Of a stretch of 64,000 bases of DNA, positions 26,183 through 35,811 are shown piece after piece. The stretch's first letter is position 1, and each line of letters begins with the position of its first letter. The notes under the pieces were generated by a model that was not told the DNA's origin, ran no database searches, and worked only from the letters and a program-made list of their open reading frames with translations. Both the position numbers and the translations under genes were made by a program. Source of the DNA: a virus (lineage: Duplodnaviria; Caudoviricetes); the IMG/VR virus record IMGVR_UViG_3300037312_000330, positions 184,885 to 248,884 of that record. One strand, 5' to 3'.

Positions 26183-28168
26183 TTACACCAATTTGGGGAC
26201 TCGACCACCGTTCATGGCCTTGACGCGACGCAATACTTCGCGACGCTTGTCTGGATCTTGCAACGCAACCATTGCTTTCACAATACTGTGATTCAGCTTG
26301 TCGCGTGCTGCCTTCTGCATGTGCTGTGGGATTGCTTTGCGCTTTCCAGTCTTGGTTCGTGCGGAGACTTCGTTATCCCGTTCAAACTGGCGCGCTAGTA
26401 GAGGCACCTTCTTCAGACGACCAGCAGCCGTTAGTGCTGCCATCAGCATACGTGCTTCTTCCTTTTCGTCGGTGCCACCGAATCCGGCACCAGAACTCAT
26501 GTCTGCTGGTTTCGTCTTCTTGGGAGTGGTGTCTTCATCGTCATCATCGTCGTCGAAGCTACTGGAGCTATCGTCGTCACCATCGGCGCCACCGCCCCAA
26601 TCACCGCCACCACCGCCGTCTGCACCACCTACGCTGTCCGGGTCACCGGGTTGTGCGACACCAATCTGATCTTCTGGAAGACCAGACAGTTTAGCAAGTT
26701 TCTCCTTGATCAGCTTGTCCTGTTCCAAGTCTTGGTACAGAGTGTTCAGATCTACCTTCGCAGCAGCCGCCCACATGCGAAGAGGAATAGGGAAACCTTT
26801 CTCGCTGAGAGAAGTCAGAAGTTCCATCATGGATTCTTCTGGCTTGACTTCCAGCCGCTTGTGCCATCGCACAGTCGGGATGTCCAGGTCGTGGTGGTTC
26901 GACAACTGGAACTGCATCCGCTTACGGCTCTCAGTGTCTACTTGCTTTCCCGGCTTGAAGAAGTCATTAGCAACCGCAACGATCGGGAAGATCTTGTTTG
27001 TCAGGATCTCATACGTCATGTTGGAGCGTAGCGTATCTGTGTTCTCCATGAACACGGACATGCCGGTTTCCACGTTCGAGTACGTGCTGTCACCAGACAG
27101 GAACGCCTCACTGATGCCGAGGGCACGCAGCTTGAACGGCGTCAGCGTGTCGATGTTGTCGGTCCATTTCCAGAAGTCACCGCCTTGGCGCACTTCCTGC
27201 ACTTGCACGTTGTTCCGTGTACCAATGATGGCACCAAGGGGATCCTGGTCGCCCATCTGGAATTGGTTTACGGTTTCAGCCATTTCTTCTGGCGTGAACT
27301 CGTGCAGATCGTCGCCCATCGCAATGTGCAACATCGAACGCTGGCGACGTTGAGCCTCCACGAGTGTTCCGCGATAGAGAGTGCGCTCTATCAAATACAC
27401 TGGAAGCATGCGCTTCAGCCAGCTAATCGGCTCAGCTCCTGGAATCGTGCGACGCGCAACATACAAAGCAGTCAGCGGATCGAGCTCAAATGCTGGCTCT
27501 TGGAGCACTTGCAACAGAGACGGCGGAAGCATCTGGCGCATTGCTCGTGCTTGCCTGCTCTGAGATGTGATGAACTTGCGCAGCATCTCATTGGTCTTGA
27601 CGGTTATCGTCGGATCAAGACCCATGAACGCAGTGTGCTCGACACGACAATCATCAACCGGGTAGTTTATCAGATCGATGAATACCTTGTCACGCTGATT
27701 GAAGATCAGCGACGAGCAATACTCACCATCGACCAGAAACCCTAGAGTGACCTGCGGCATCAACTGTCGGATATTCAGTCTCACCATCGACTCTGTGTAC
27801 TTGTCGATGCGATTCTGTTCAACGCCAGTCAATGTGTATTCCGAATACGGGAAAGTGGAAAGCATGTCTGCTGCACTGCCACCAACTGCATCGTAATAGT
27901 AGATGTCGCGGTAGAACTTACGTAGGACCTGCTCGTTCTGTGGGATAAGACCCGACAGCAGACCCATCTGCGGAATGAAGCCACCGCTGGTGACCTGCAG
28001 ACTGGAGTTACCGGCGTTGAAGCCAAGACCCAGACCAGCAGCACCACCGTAGATGAAAGCTTCTTCCTTAGCACTGGAACGCACGGTTGTCCTGCGAGGA
28101 CGCTCTTGCGCGCGAGTGCTTGTCATTCGTTTTCCCGTTACACTGTAACGGCGTCCTTCTGAGAACAT
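26183..28168 (-). CDS. Portal protein
   Basis: 661 aa, downstream of terL. LRKFYRDIYYYD, RQRSMLHIAMG, FKLRALGISEAFL and YSN resemble T4-gp20-type portal segments; acidic Gly-rich C-terminal insert. Confidence 0.7.
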   Translation of the reverse strand: MFSEGRRYSVTGKRMTSTRAQERPRRTTVRSSAKEEAFIYGGAAGLGLGFNAGNSSLQVTSGGFIPQMGLLSGLIPQNEQVLRKFYRDIYYYDAVGGSAADMLSTFPYSEYTLTGVEQNRIDKYTESMVRLNIRQLMPQVTLGFLVDGEYCSSLIFNQRDKVFIDLINYPVDDCRVEHTAFMGLDPTITVKTNEMLRKFITSQSRQARAMRQMLPPSLLQVLQEPAFELDPLTALYVARRTIPGAEPISWLKRMLPVYLIERTLYRGTLVEAQRRQRSMLHIAMGDDLHEFTPEEMAETVNQFQMGDQDPLGAIIGTRNNVQVQEVRQGGDFWKWTDNIDTLTPFKLRALGISEAFLSGDSTYSNVETGMSVFMENTDTLRSNMTYEILTNKIFPIVAVANDFFKPGKQVDTESRKRMQFQLSNHHDLDIPTVRWHKRLEVKPEESMMELLTSLSEKGFPIPLRMWAAAAKVDLNTLYQDLEQDKLIKEKLAKLSGLPEDQIGVAQPGDPDSVGGADGGGGGDWGGGADGDDDSSSSFDDDDDDEDTTPKKTKPADMSSGAGFGGTDEKEEARMLMAALTAAGRLKKVPLLARQFERDNEVSARTKTGKRKAIPQHMQKAARDKLNHSIVKAMVALQDPDKRREVLRRVKAMNGGRVPKLV

Positions 28169-28171
28169 GAT

Positions 28172-28531
28172 TTAGATTGGTGTTGGATCGCGAAGTGGCA
28201 TTACTACGGAATGCTGCATACAGACGTGGACAGGAATACCATTAGCAGACGACAGACGCATCTGTGTGCCGCACGACGGACATGCGCCTTCCACCACGTT
28301 TTCCACGCGAGCAGTGGTCTGAGTCTTTGCGTAGACTGCAGATGCACTGGCATACTTATGGCCGTTCTCGCAGATGTCGTTACCGTTGGGACGCTTCTCG
28401 CGCATCTTTCCTGCAGCACCGCACTCTGGACAGTTTCCGTATGGCGAAGCCTTTTCGCCAGTGGCAGTAGCCGATTCTGTCTTCGGATGTTCTTTCATCA
28501 CGTCTGGGATAATGCGCTGAACTGGCATCAT
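28172..28531 (-). CDS. Double zinc-ribbon protein between terminase and portal
   Basis: CPECG...CENGH and CPSCG...CMQH. Confidence 0.65.
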   Translation of the reverse strand: MMPVQRIIPDVMKEHPKTESATATGEKASPYGNCPECGAAGKMREKRPNGNDICENGHKYASASAVYAKTQTTARVENVVEGACPSCGTQMRLSSANGIPVHVCMQHSVVMPLRDPTPI

Positions 28532-28549
28532 TCTCTCCTGAATATTGTC

Positions 28550-28560
28550 ACATCAAATTA
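28550..28560 (-). promoter_or_regulatory. Class B motif TAATTTGATGT (candidate late promoter)
   Basis: ~19 nt upstream of ORF 28531, at the head of the Zn-ribbon/portal/acidic-protein run. Confidence 0.55.
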
Positions 28561-30801
28561 ACTGCGTCCAACTCGAACCACAGCAGAATTCTTGCTTACG
28601 TGTGGACGTCCGTCGCTCAACATGCGTGTGGCGGTGCTTCCAATCGCATATGTATGAACTGGATTACTGACCATTCCCGCAGGAGTACTTCGACCCCCAG
28701 CAATAGCGCCAGTCAAACGTGGTCGTGTCACCAACGCACTCATGCGCAAGATTTCCGGCTTGATTTTGTCGTCCAGAATTCGAGACACACCGAGCACCAG
28801 AGCACGGAAAATATCGTCCGTGTATCCGTCGCCCTTTGTCACTGTCTTGCCCATGTCCTTAACAGTAATCATCTGGAACAACAAGTGTGCAACAGGTTTT
28901 CCAAGGAAATATTCCGGATAGCTATCTACACGACGGATCTTGTCGCTATCCATTTCCAATTTTGGCAGGATAAGTTTCCCTTCCTCTGCATATGACTTTG
29001 TTTGGACGAAGTCCGCGTATCGTACGCTGTATTGATCGGCAACCAGCTTCTCGGCAGCGAAGTCTTCCATCGCAGTATCGAGCGTAGTGATCGAGTTCCA
29101 ACGGTCAGCAAACAAGTAACGCACATTGAAATCCTTTATCAGAGGTTTCAGCACGTTCTTGTAGATCATCGGATAGTGGAGCTTGTGACCCTTACGTGGT
29201 TGGATTTCGAGCACCACGGGTACGTTTACGACAATGCTCTCTTTCTTTCCGACTACCAACTCTTGGAGTTGCAAGATAGTAACCGCAAAGCTGTTGTTCG
29301 TCAATCCGGCATCCAACGACATCAGGCTTGCTGGACACGGGGCCGGTGGGCCACTCGCTTCTATCTTTCCACCTTGACGCATCAGATTGTTGATGCGTTT
29401 GGTCATAGACACGACAGATGCACGATTCGGACCCACAAACGCACGCTCGGCGTCTTCCTGCATGATGAACGCAGCCGCGTTCAGTGGAGGATTGGCACCA
29501 TAGTCTCGTTCGGCAGCAACTGGATCCTTGCGATAAGCGTTGACAATACGCTTCGAGGTACGAGGAAGGAACGGACTGATTTCCCACGTTGGAAGCCGAA
29601 GCGCCAAGTTGGTGTCGCTGTCCTTGTTCTCTTCTACTAGACGCGTGATCTTGTCGGCCTGACTGGACGGCGAAGATACGTTGATCGCGTAAGCCTGCAG
29701 GAATCGGTTGTGTCCTCTGGAATATAGGTGGCTGAATTCTTCACGTAGCGTAAGGAGAGAACGGTCCAAAGCATCGTACACACCGTCGGCGTTAGCACGT
29801 TCACGTCCGTCTTCATCGTTAGGATTACCACCCTTCTTGACTGCTTCTGCAATCGGGAACCAACCAAGTTCGTCGATACATGAGAGCCATCGTGTGCGTC
29901 CACGAAGACCTCGTTTCGACGGGCCCATTGGTGCCATTTCCAGATTCTTGTGGGCGTACCGCAGATACTCGTCTTTCTGGCGATAGAACTCCATACCATG
30001 AAGTTCACCATAGTGATCGAGCATCTTGTGATATTCAGTGAACCAGGGACTGTCGTTAATCGCATCAATCACTGGTTTCCACAGAAGCATTGCAGCGTCT
30101 GAGAATCGGAAACCAACGAACGTGGCTACCAATGGAGTCGCCGATGATACGCCGCGACAGATACCTGCCAGACGCGGATACATCAAATATTTGTGAGTCA
30201 GATATTCGGTTCCAGCAGCGGTAGTCGTCGACTTACCAGCTCGCTGACCAATACACAGATTCATTTCAACGTATTCGTTGATCTCCCTTTGACGTATGAA
30301 CTCGTGCTTCTGACCTCCACATCGTGGACACTTCCCATATTCCAGTAGCTGAACATGGTTAATCATTTCGTGACCGTCAAGGTCAACCGGGATGTTGAGG
30401 ATACTCTTGATTCGTGGTTTGGGAGTGCAGCGAGGGCACATTTCGCCGAACAGGCTCAGCATCAACCACATTTGCCGGCTGAACGGGAACTTGGCGTCTG
30501 GTCCACGGAAGCTAGTGCAGAACTCGAAGAAGTTCTTTGCTTCCTTGAAATCACCTTCCGGCAGCTTGATATCGCGCGGAACGCCAGTCAGTGGGTCGAT
30601 GGCCTTACCCACGAGTTTGACCAGATCGAACTCGCTTTCTTCCTCGATCCTGTCGAAAGGATCGTAGTCGTCTGGTCTATTTGAGAAATCCATATCAGAA
30701 CCAGGATCCTCGTTTACGCCAAACAAATTATTGACGTAACTGTGGACCCGGTCCTCGATATTTTGCTTCTTAGCCTTCTTCTTTATGCCGTCTGTTGCCA
30801 T
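28558..30801 (-). CDS. terL: Terminase large subunit
   Basis: Walker A CIGQRAGKST, Walker B SCIDELGW, motif VSSP, RNase-H-like nuclease SLDAG...ADRWN...DGYTDD; CPRC/CPRC zinc insert. Confidence 0.9.
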   Translation of the reverse strand: MATDGIKKKAKKQNIEDRVHSYVNNLFGVNEDPGSDMDFSNRPDDYDPFDRIEEESEFDLVKLVGKAIDPLTGVPRDIKLPEGDFKEAKNFFEFCTSFRGPDAKFPFSRQMWLMLSLFGEMCPRCTPKPRIKSILNIPVDLDGHEMINHVQLLEYGKCPRCGGQKHEFIRQREINEYVEMNLCIGQRAGKSTTTAAGTEYLTHKYLMYPRLAGICRGVSSATPLVATFVGFRFSDAAMLLWKPVIDAINDSPWFTEYHKMLDHYGELHGMEFYRQKDEYLRYAHKNLEMAPMGPSKRGLRGRTRWLSCIDELGWFPIAEAVKKGGNPNDEDGRERANADGVYDALDRSLLTLREEFSHLYSRGHNRFLQAYAINVSSPSSQADKITRLVEENKDSDTNLALRLPTWEISPFLPRTSKRIVNAYRKDPVAAERDYGANPPLNAAAFIMQEDAERAFVGPNRASVVSMTKRINNLMRQGGKIEASGPPAPCPASLMSLDAGLTNNSFAVTILQLQELVVGKKESIVVNVPVVLEIQPRKGHKLHYPMIYKNVLKPLIKDFNVRYLFADRWNSITTLDTAMEDFAAEKLVADQYSVRYADFVQTKSYAEEGKLILPKLEMDSDKIRRVDSYPEYFLGKPVAHLLFQMITVKDMGKTVTKGDGYTDDIFRALVLGVSRILDDKIKPEILRMSALVTRPRLTGAIAGGRSTPAGMVSNPVHTYAIGSTATRMLSDGRPHVSKNSAVVRVGRS

Positions 30802-30825
30802 TTGATTTTACCTTCTTGGGGTGAC

Positions 30826-30836
30826 ACATCAAAATA
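30826..30836 (-). promoter_or_regulatory. Class B motif TATTTTGATGT (candidate late promoter)
   Basis: ~25 nt upstream of terL. Confidence 0.5.
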
Positions 30837-31473
30837 GCGGCGGCGTCATCTTGGCGATAAACTCGGATCGCATGAGACGAGCTTCGTTCTTCGTCAATCC
30901 GTATTGATCTGCCAGGAAACGGATAATTCGAAGATTGATGGCCTCACGACTCTTGGCTTTGATGAATTCGATCGGCAACTGTGCTTGTTCGTCAGTAAGC
31001 TGCTGCATCACCTCGTCCACATTGGACATGGCCGTCATCAGTGCCTGCGAACGTGGCAGTATCTCCTCAAGAAAGAATTTGGACGTCAAATCGATGTTTG
31101 CGCCTAGAGTAGACGCGAACTTCACTTTCTGACTGGCCGATATCTTGTTCTTCAGATTGACTATCTTCTTGTCAATCTTTGGCGTTTCTTTCCTCAGCTT
31201 TGGTGGTCTGATCCTGTAGAACACGAATCGACTATTGCCGTTGAGAAATGGGTGTCTGTCGCGTCCACTATGTTCGGCTTCGAAATCCATATACTGGATT
31301 CGCCGGTACACATCACTTAGCTTGCGTGTACGTTTCCCATCCACCTTCTTCTGTTTGAGAAGATCCCGTACAATGGCCTTGCGTGCTCGTCTGAAACCCG
31401 ATCCAATGTCTTCCTTATTAGCGTTAGACCAGATAGTAGAGAGCGGCTTCCCTGTATTGTCTTCGATTGTCAT
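30829..31473 (-). CDS. Hypothetical protein upstream of terL
   Basis: 214-aa basic ORF. Confidence 0.6.
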   Translation of the reverse strand: MTIEDNTGKPLSTIWSNANKEDIGSGFRRARKAIVRDLLKQKKVDGKRTRKLSDVYRRIQYMDFEAEHSGRDRHPFLNGNSRFVFYRIRPPKLRKETPKIDKKIVNLKNKISASQKVKFASTLGANIDLTSKFFLEEILPRSQALMTAMSNVDEVMQQLTDEQAQLPIEFIKAKSREAINLRIIRFLADQYGLTKNEARLMRSEFIAKMTPPLF

Positions 31474-31516
31474 TTGCCATCAGTTGACTGGACCTCTAGG
31501 GTATTATCCATGTTTA

Positions 31517-31912
31517 TCAGTGCTTCGTTTCCGGCAGGAATTCAGTCTCTTCACCGTTCTGGTGCAAAACAGCTTTCGTTCCAATCACTGTGGCAAGCTC
31601 CTGAATCTCTTCACTTAGAGACAGTGCAGGTAGAGTTGAGGCTTGCCGCTTCGCCTCTCTGGCAATCGCTTGAACGACTGCAGGACTATCGTATCCTGGT
31701 TGGTCAGACTTCGCACACTGACCCGCCCATTGACTGGCCCACATGAACAGGATGCGCCATTCGTGGTTTGTCATCGTGAGCGTGCTCTTGTCATTTGGAT
31801 CAGCAGGAACTCCCTTGTTACCACATTGTGGACAACACGTTAGTCCTTCTGTCGATTCCACCATGTGTCTGCAGATTACACACATGGCCGCGTATTTCTT
31901 TTCACTGTCCAT
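31517..31912 (-). CDS. Zinc-ribbon hypothetical protein
   Basis: CVIC...CCPQCG; ATG at 31912 after GGAG. Confidence 0.6.
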   Translation of the reverse strand: MDSEKKYAAMCVICRHMVESTEGLTCCPQCGNKGVPADPNDKSTLTMTNHEWRILFMWASQWAGQCAKSDQPGYDSPAVVQAIAREAKRQASTLPALSLSEEIQELATVIGTKAVLHQNGEETEFLPETKH

Positions 31913-32054
31913 TGTTAGCTCCAGTATCATATCGTTCTACGTGCTTGATAAGCGAGTTCAGTTGGTGTGCAACGATGGTGGTCCTACCACTATCAAGCAC
32001 TTCTTGGATATCGCGTAATGCAGCCAGTAGTTCCTGTTTGTACTCTTCGCTCAT
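31902..32054 (-). CDS. Small helical ORF (50 aa) not in ORF track
   Basis: MSEEYKQELLAALRDIQEVLDSGRTTIVAHQLNSLIKHVERYDTGANNGQ; GAGGA RBS; fills the gap after dnaB. Confidence 0.55.
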   Translation of the reverse strand: MSEEYKQELLAALRDIQEVLDSGRTTIVAHQLNSLIKHVERYDTGANNGQ

Positions 32055-32057
32055 CGG

Positions 32058-33431
32058 CTAATCCTCGTCAGATATATCCTTCAGGTACTTGGGCTCTGCA
32101 CCGTCTTTGCCGTCCTTCTTAGACTTCTTCTTAGTTGTCAGACTGGCGCTCGACTGAGCGTTGCGTTCCTCTTCTGTCATGCTTCGGATGCGCATGACGT
32201 CGAGTCTAGTCTTCAGATTGAAGTCGTACATCTCACCGTTACGTGCCTTTAGCTGTGTGATGCTAAGGATACCAGCTTCCCGGCTTTCCTTCGTCGACAC
32301 GAACGTCCAACAGTAGTTCGAATGTTCTTTGATAGCTTGTGCGTAGCGAATTTTGCCCTCCTCAGACACCTGACACAGCAGGACGATGATGACGTTATGT
32401 GTCTCGGCATACACCTTGCAATAACGAGCCACTGCACCAAGCTTCTGCCATTGATCGTCACCATCTACACCCTTCAAAAGGGAGATGTAGTCGATAACAA
32501 TGACCTTTGGTCCAAGCGTGTAGGTACACGCTAGGATCTCCTCGATTGTCATATCGGACTTTGGTTTGAAGAACGACAGGCTTCCGCCCTTGTCCTTCCG
32601 CTTGGTCACAAACTTCCGATACGCACGTTTGTACTTCTTCTCCTCGTCCTCACTTAGCTTGCGGAACAGTATCTTTCTGACATCCAGCTCGGCTGCGTTA
32701 GCCATCAGGCGAGCTGTCATTTCTTCTGTGGTCATTTCGAGCGGGACCATGCATACGTCCTCGCCCATCTCAGACCAATTGATTGCTAGCTGCGCCGCCA
32801 GCGTTGACTTTCCACCACCGGAAGAACCACCGATGGTGAAGAGGTTGCCCCAGCCGATCCCACCGTTCTTAGAATCGAACTCGTCAAAGCCGGTTGGTAT
32901 GAAGTTGATGTAGTCCTTGCGGAGCAACTTCTTGACGATTTTGTCGGCGTTGTTACCCGTTCCGAACCGAACAATTTCAGCATCTTCAGACCTCGATTGG
33001 CGCAGTGTAACGATCTCTTCGCCAGTCTCATTCAGCAGATCGTCGATGCTAACCTTTCCCTTGCGCAACTTCTTTACGATATTGTCACTAAGGGAAAACA
33101 TGCCACGCATCTGACGGTACTCGTTCAGTTGCCTGACAGCGCGCAATGCTTCCTTGCGCGACTTGATGGGATCTATATCATTCTTGGCGTACTTCTTGAG
33201 ACGATCCCGCGTCTCTTCGCTGAGCTTTGGATCTTCGCACAGTTCCCGCCAAGTTGGGAGCTCACCGTTACGTTTCAGATAACGCTGGATACGGTGGAAG
33301 GTTTCCTGGCTACTCTCGCTATAGAAATACGACTCGTCCAATCCACTAAGGGATGTGCCGCTAATGGACGGATTTTTGTGCGTCGCTGCCTTTAGGACGG
33401 CCAGCTCTGTACGCGGTGAGACGAGACGCAC
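32058..33431 (-). CDS. dnaB: Replicative DNA helicase (DnaB family)
   Basis: FIPTGFDEFD, Walker A GGSSGGGKST, LEMTTEEM, Walker B IVIDYISLL, LLCQV, LKARNG. Confidence 0.92.
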   Translation of the reverse strand: MRLVSPRTELAVLKAATHKNPSISGTSLSGLDESYFYSESSQETFHRIQRYLKRNGELPTWRELCEDPKLSEETRDRLKKYAKNDIDPIKSRKEALRAVRQLNEYRQMRGMFSLSDNIVKKLRKGKVSIDDLLNETGEEIVTLRQSRSEDAEIVRFGTGNNADKIVKKLLRKDYINFIPTGFDEFDSKNGGIGWGNLFTIGGSSGGGKSTLAAQLAINWSEMGEDVCMVPLEMTTEEMTARLMANAAELDVRKILFRKLSEDEEKKYKRAYRKFVTKRKDKGGSLSFFKPKSDMTIEEILACTYTLGPKVIVIDYISLLKGVDGDDQWQKLGAVARYCKVYAETHNVIIVLLCQVSEEGKIRYAQAIKEHSNYCWTFVSTKESREAGILSITQLKARNGEMYDFNLKTRLDVMRIRSMTEEERNAQSSASLTTKKKSKKDGKDGAEPKYLKDISDED

Positions 33432-33461
33432 GCCTAACTCCTGGTTATTCTACTACTGTCC

Positions 33462-33468
33462 ATTTACA
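33462..33468 (-). promoter_or_regulatory. Class A motif TGTAAAT(GG)
   Basis: Intergenic, ~30 nt upstream of dnaB. Confidence 0.55.
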
Positions 33469-33470
33469 AG

Positions 33471-33848
33471 CTAGAAGGGGTAAGTCATGCAACGATGTGT
33501 CATATCGCCATTCACCTTGTCTGCAAGTCCATTCTCTTCTAGGATCTTGTAGAGAGCTTTGCGATCTGAGTCGGCTTCTGACAATTGCAGCATGTACTTG
33601 GTGCGATAGTCTTTGCCTGGATTTCCCTTAGCGAACAAGGCAATCCACATATTCGCACGCTCCGCGTAGTCTAGTCCACTGAGATACGGAGGCATCTTGA
33701 TGAAGTCTGTTGCGTGTGCAAAATCGTAGGCACATCGTCGAGCCAAACGGATTAGTGTCTCGTAGTCCTCACGGAAGTGGTCACTAGGACTAGTGTCTAT
33801 CCCATGTAATTTGCGATAGAGCCAGTTACGTAGATTTCGGATCAGCAT
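33471..33848 (-). CDS. Hypothetical protein
   Basis: ATG at 33848 with GAGG RBS (33866 is an alternative start). Confidence 0.55.
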   Translation of the reverse strand: MLIRNLRNWLYRKLHGIDTSPSDHFREDYETLIRLARRCAYDFAHATDFIKMPPYLSGLDYAERANMWIALFAKGNPGKDYRTKYMLQLSEADSDRKALYKILEENGLADKVNGDMTHRCMTYPF

Positions 33849-34044
33849 CTTGCTCTTCCTCTTCATTACGCATGGTGACCAACTCTTCAACCGAAGCACG
33901 CGCCTTCTTGCCGGGTTCCCAAGTGTTCTTGAGGTTGGACCACTCGCCAATGTCTGGATACTTAATGCCATAGTGATCGCAAATGGCATACACCTGCGTC
34001 TGCCACGTATTGCTCTCGATCATGTATTCTACAGGATCATTCAT
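33826..34044 (-). CDS. Hypothetical protein
   Basis: ATGA-coupled small ORF. Confidence 0.5.
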   Translation of the reverse strand: MNDPVEYMIESNTWQTQVYAICDHYGIKYPDIGEWSNLKNTWEPGKKARASVEELVTMRNEEEEQDADPKST

Positions 34045-34289
34045 TTGACCACCACAGGAATTAGCTCTTGCAATGTGCTGATGTGGATGTCAGACAAGTT
34101 CACAGTGTCGGATGGCAGTGACACTGCGCCTGTGGGACGGATTAGAGTAGCTGAATCCTTGTAGACACGCGCCAGTCGGCAGTGTTCCCACACCATTGGC
34201 TTGCCGCCACTGTACATGACTTTGTAGACTATGTTCGCCCCTTCATCGTTGACACGACGTCTGACGTATTCGATCTCTTCTTTGGTCAC
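34041..34289 (-). CDS. Hypothetical protein
   Basis: GTG at 34289 overlaps the upstream TGA. Confidence 0.5.
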   Translation of the reverse strand: MTKEEIEYVRRRVNDEGANIVYKVMYSGGKPMVWEHCRLARVYKDSATLIRPTGAVSLPSDTVNLSDIHISTLQELIPVVVK

Positions 34290-34567
34290 AGAGGCACCAA
34301 CTTCAGGTTCTTGTTGATAAGGAAGAGGCCTTCCTTTTCGTTCCAGTAGACATCCTTCTTCCAACTTCCTACCATTCTGTAGACATCGTACTTGTTCCAA
34401 TAATTCTTATTATGATAGATATAGTCGTATGCCGCAAGCAGGTTTGGGAACGCAAAGCCACCCGGATACAGGTCATCTCTTGACGGTCCGAGTTTATATG
34501 CAGGATTGTGCTTGCTATCACGCGTTGAAATATCGTATGTCTCTTTAAGACCGATTGTGTAGATCAT
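34286..34567 (-). CDS. Hypothetical protein
   Basis: ATG at 34567 (MIYTIGLKE). Confidence 0.5.
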   Translation of the reverse strand: MIYTIGLKETYDISTRDSKHNPAYKLGPSRDDLYPGGFAFPNLLAAYDYIYHNKNYWNKYDVYRMVGSWKKDVYWNEKEGLFLINKNLKLVPL

Positions 34568-34568
34568 C

Positions 34569-34715
34569 CTAGTCTTTCTCAATTCGTTCTTTGATGCGGC
34601 AGTTCCAGCACTGCTGCACCCAATGGGAAGGACATGTATAGACAACCCACCAGCTATGGTCGCAGCTCTTCTGTTCCTGTGTCGGTTCTGGATCCACGTG
34701 CTCTTGGTTGTTCAC
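34569..34715 (-). CDS. Small Cys/His zinc-finger-like ORF (48 aa)
   Basis: GTGA coupling; CDHSW...CPSH...CWNC. Confidence 0.45.
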   Translation of the reverse strand: MNNQEHVDPEPTQEQKSCDHSWWVVYTCPSHWVQQCWNCRIKERIEKD

Positions 34716-34909
34716 AGTCCTGCTCCCAACATTGCAACACCCATCTTGAATCCAGTTACTACACCAGATACAAACGAACCGATCAGCCACCCGAAGAACG
34801 TGAGCAGGAAGCAACAGATGCCGAACACGACTGCGAACGCGATAATAACTCCTATCACACACCCCAAGATAATGAACAAGAGCTTGAAGAAATCGACTAC
34901 GTCTTTCAT
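34712..34909 (-). CDS. Small membrane protein
   Basis: Two hydrophobic segments. Confidence 0.55.
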   Translation of the reverse strand: MKDVVDFFKLLFIILGCVIGVIIAFAVVFGICCFLLTFFGWLIGSFVSGVVTGFKMGVAMLGAGL

Positions 34910-35478
34910 ATCTCAATCCCCTTTACGGCAGCATTTGTCATGTAGCATAGTCCTTGGATAGGCATCCGCATGTGGACGGTGAAGAACGTGTATGGCTCGC
35001 AACCGTTGACGACCACGATCTTAGGAATGTCCGCATACACTGTCAACAAGTCACGCAGCTTTTCCTTCTTGGTCTGACTGCTGTCAGGTGCCACGTTGTT
35101 TAACACCAGCAGACTAATGTTGGCACGTTCGTCCAGCAGCGGACAATCGAATCCGCCAGTGACATCGTACCATTTCATGACTGTGCCACCAGATCTATAG
35201 TGCTCCTGCATCATGTATGCGGCCAAGAGCATGGACTTCGCATCCGTCGGTGCGCTATTGACGGCGAACGTCCCCGGAGATGGATCCTGGAGCCACTGCT
35301 CCAACATCTTTGTCTGGTCCTGCTGTGTGAACCGCTTTGGCTTGAGGCCGTCCACCTTCGAAACGAATGTAGTAGGCAGGAAGTCGAATGGCTTCGCTGC
35401 CCCGGCTGCCCAATTCATCCCCTGCGACTTGAGTACTGGCACCAACGACGGATCCAGTTTGATCTTTAGTTTGTTCAC
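34906..35478 (-). CDS. Degenerate DnaC/IstB-like ATPase-fold protein (putative helicase loader)
   Basis: Beta-loop-helix at a Walker-A position (TFAVNSAPTDAKSMLLA), LLVLNNV at a Walker-B position, KLRDLL; weak match. Confidence 0.4.
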   Translation of the reverse strand: MNKLKIKLDPSLVPVLKSQGMNWAAGAAKPFDFLPTTFVSKVDGLKPKRFTQQDQTKMLEQWLQDPSPGTFAVNSAPTDAKSMLLAAYMMQEHYRSGGTVMKWYDVTGGFDCPLLDERANISLLVLNNVAPDSSQTKKEKLRDLLTVYADIPKIVVVNGCEPYTFFTVHMRMPIQGLCYMTNAAVKGIEI

Positions 35479-35811
35479 GCTTCCACTTTTCTGAATGTCT
35501 TTGTTTCAAGCTGCGTGCGTGTTCCCCATAACAGTCGACGTAATTGTACACGCGTCCGTCTCTTTCTGATTCCCACTGGAAATACTGTACTGTCTCCCTG
35601 TACTCCTTGCACAGAGAAATGTACTCGTCTTCAGCATCAGATATTGTTTTGCGTCCGTCGCTCATTGTATCCCTTCCATTCTTCACAACGCACTCCGTCG
35701 TCGATATCACAACTGTCGAAAGGACAGACTACAGGGAGCGCTCCAGGTTCATTCAGATTGGCTGCCAGACACACTTCACTTTCACCATTCTGGCAATGTC
35801 TCAGCGGCAGC

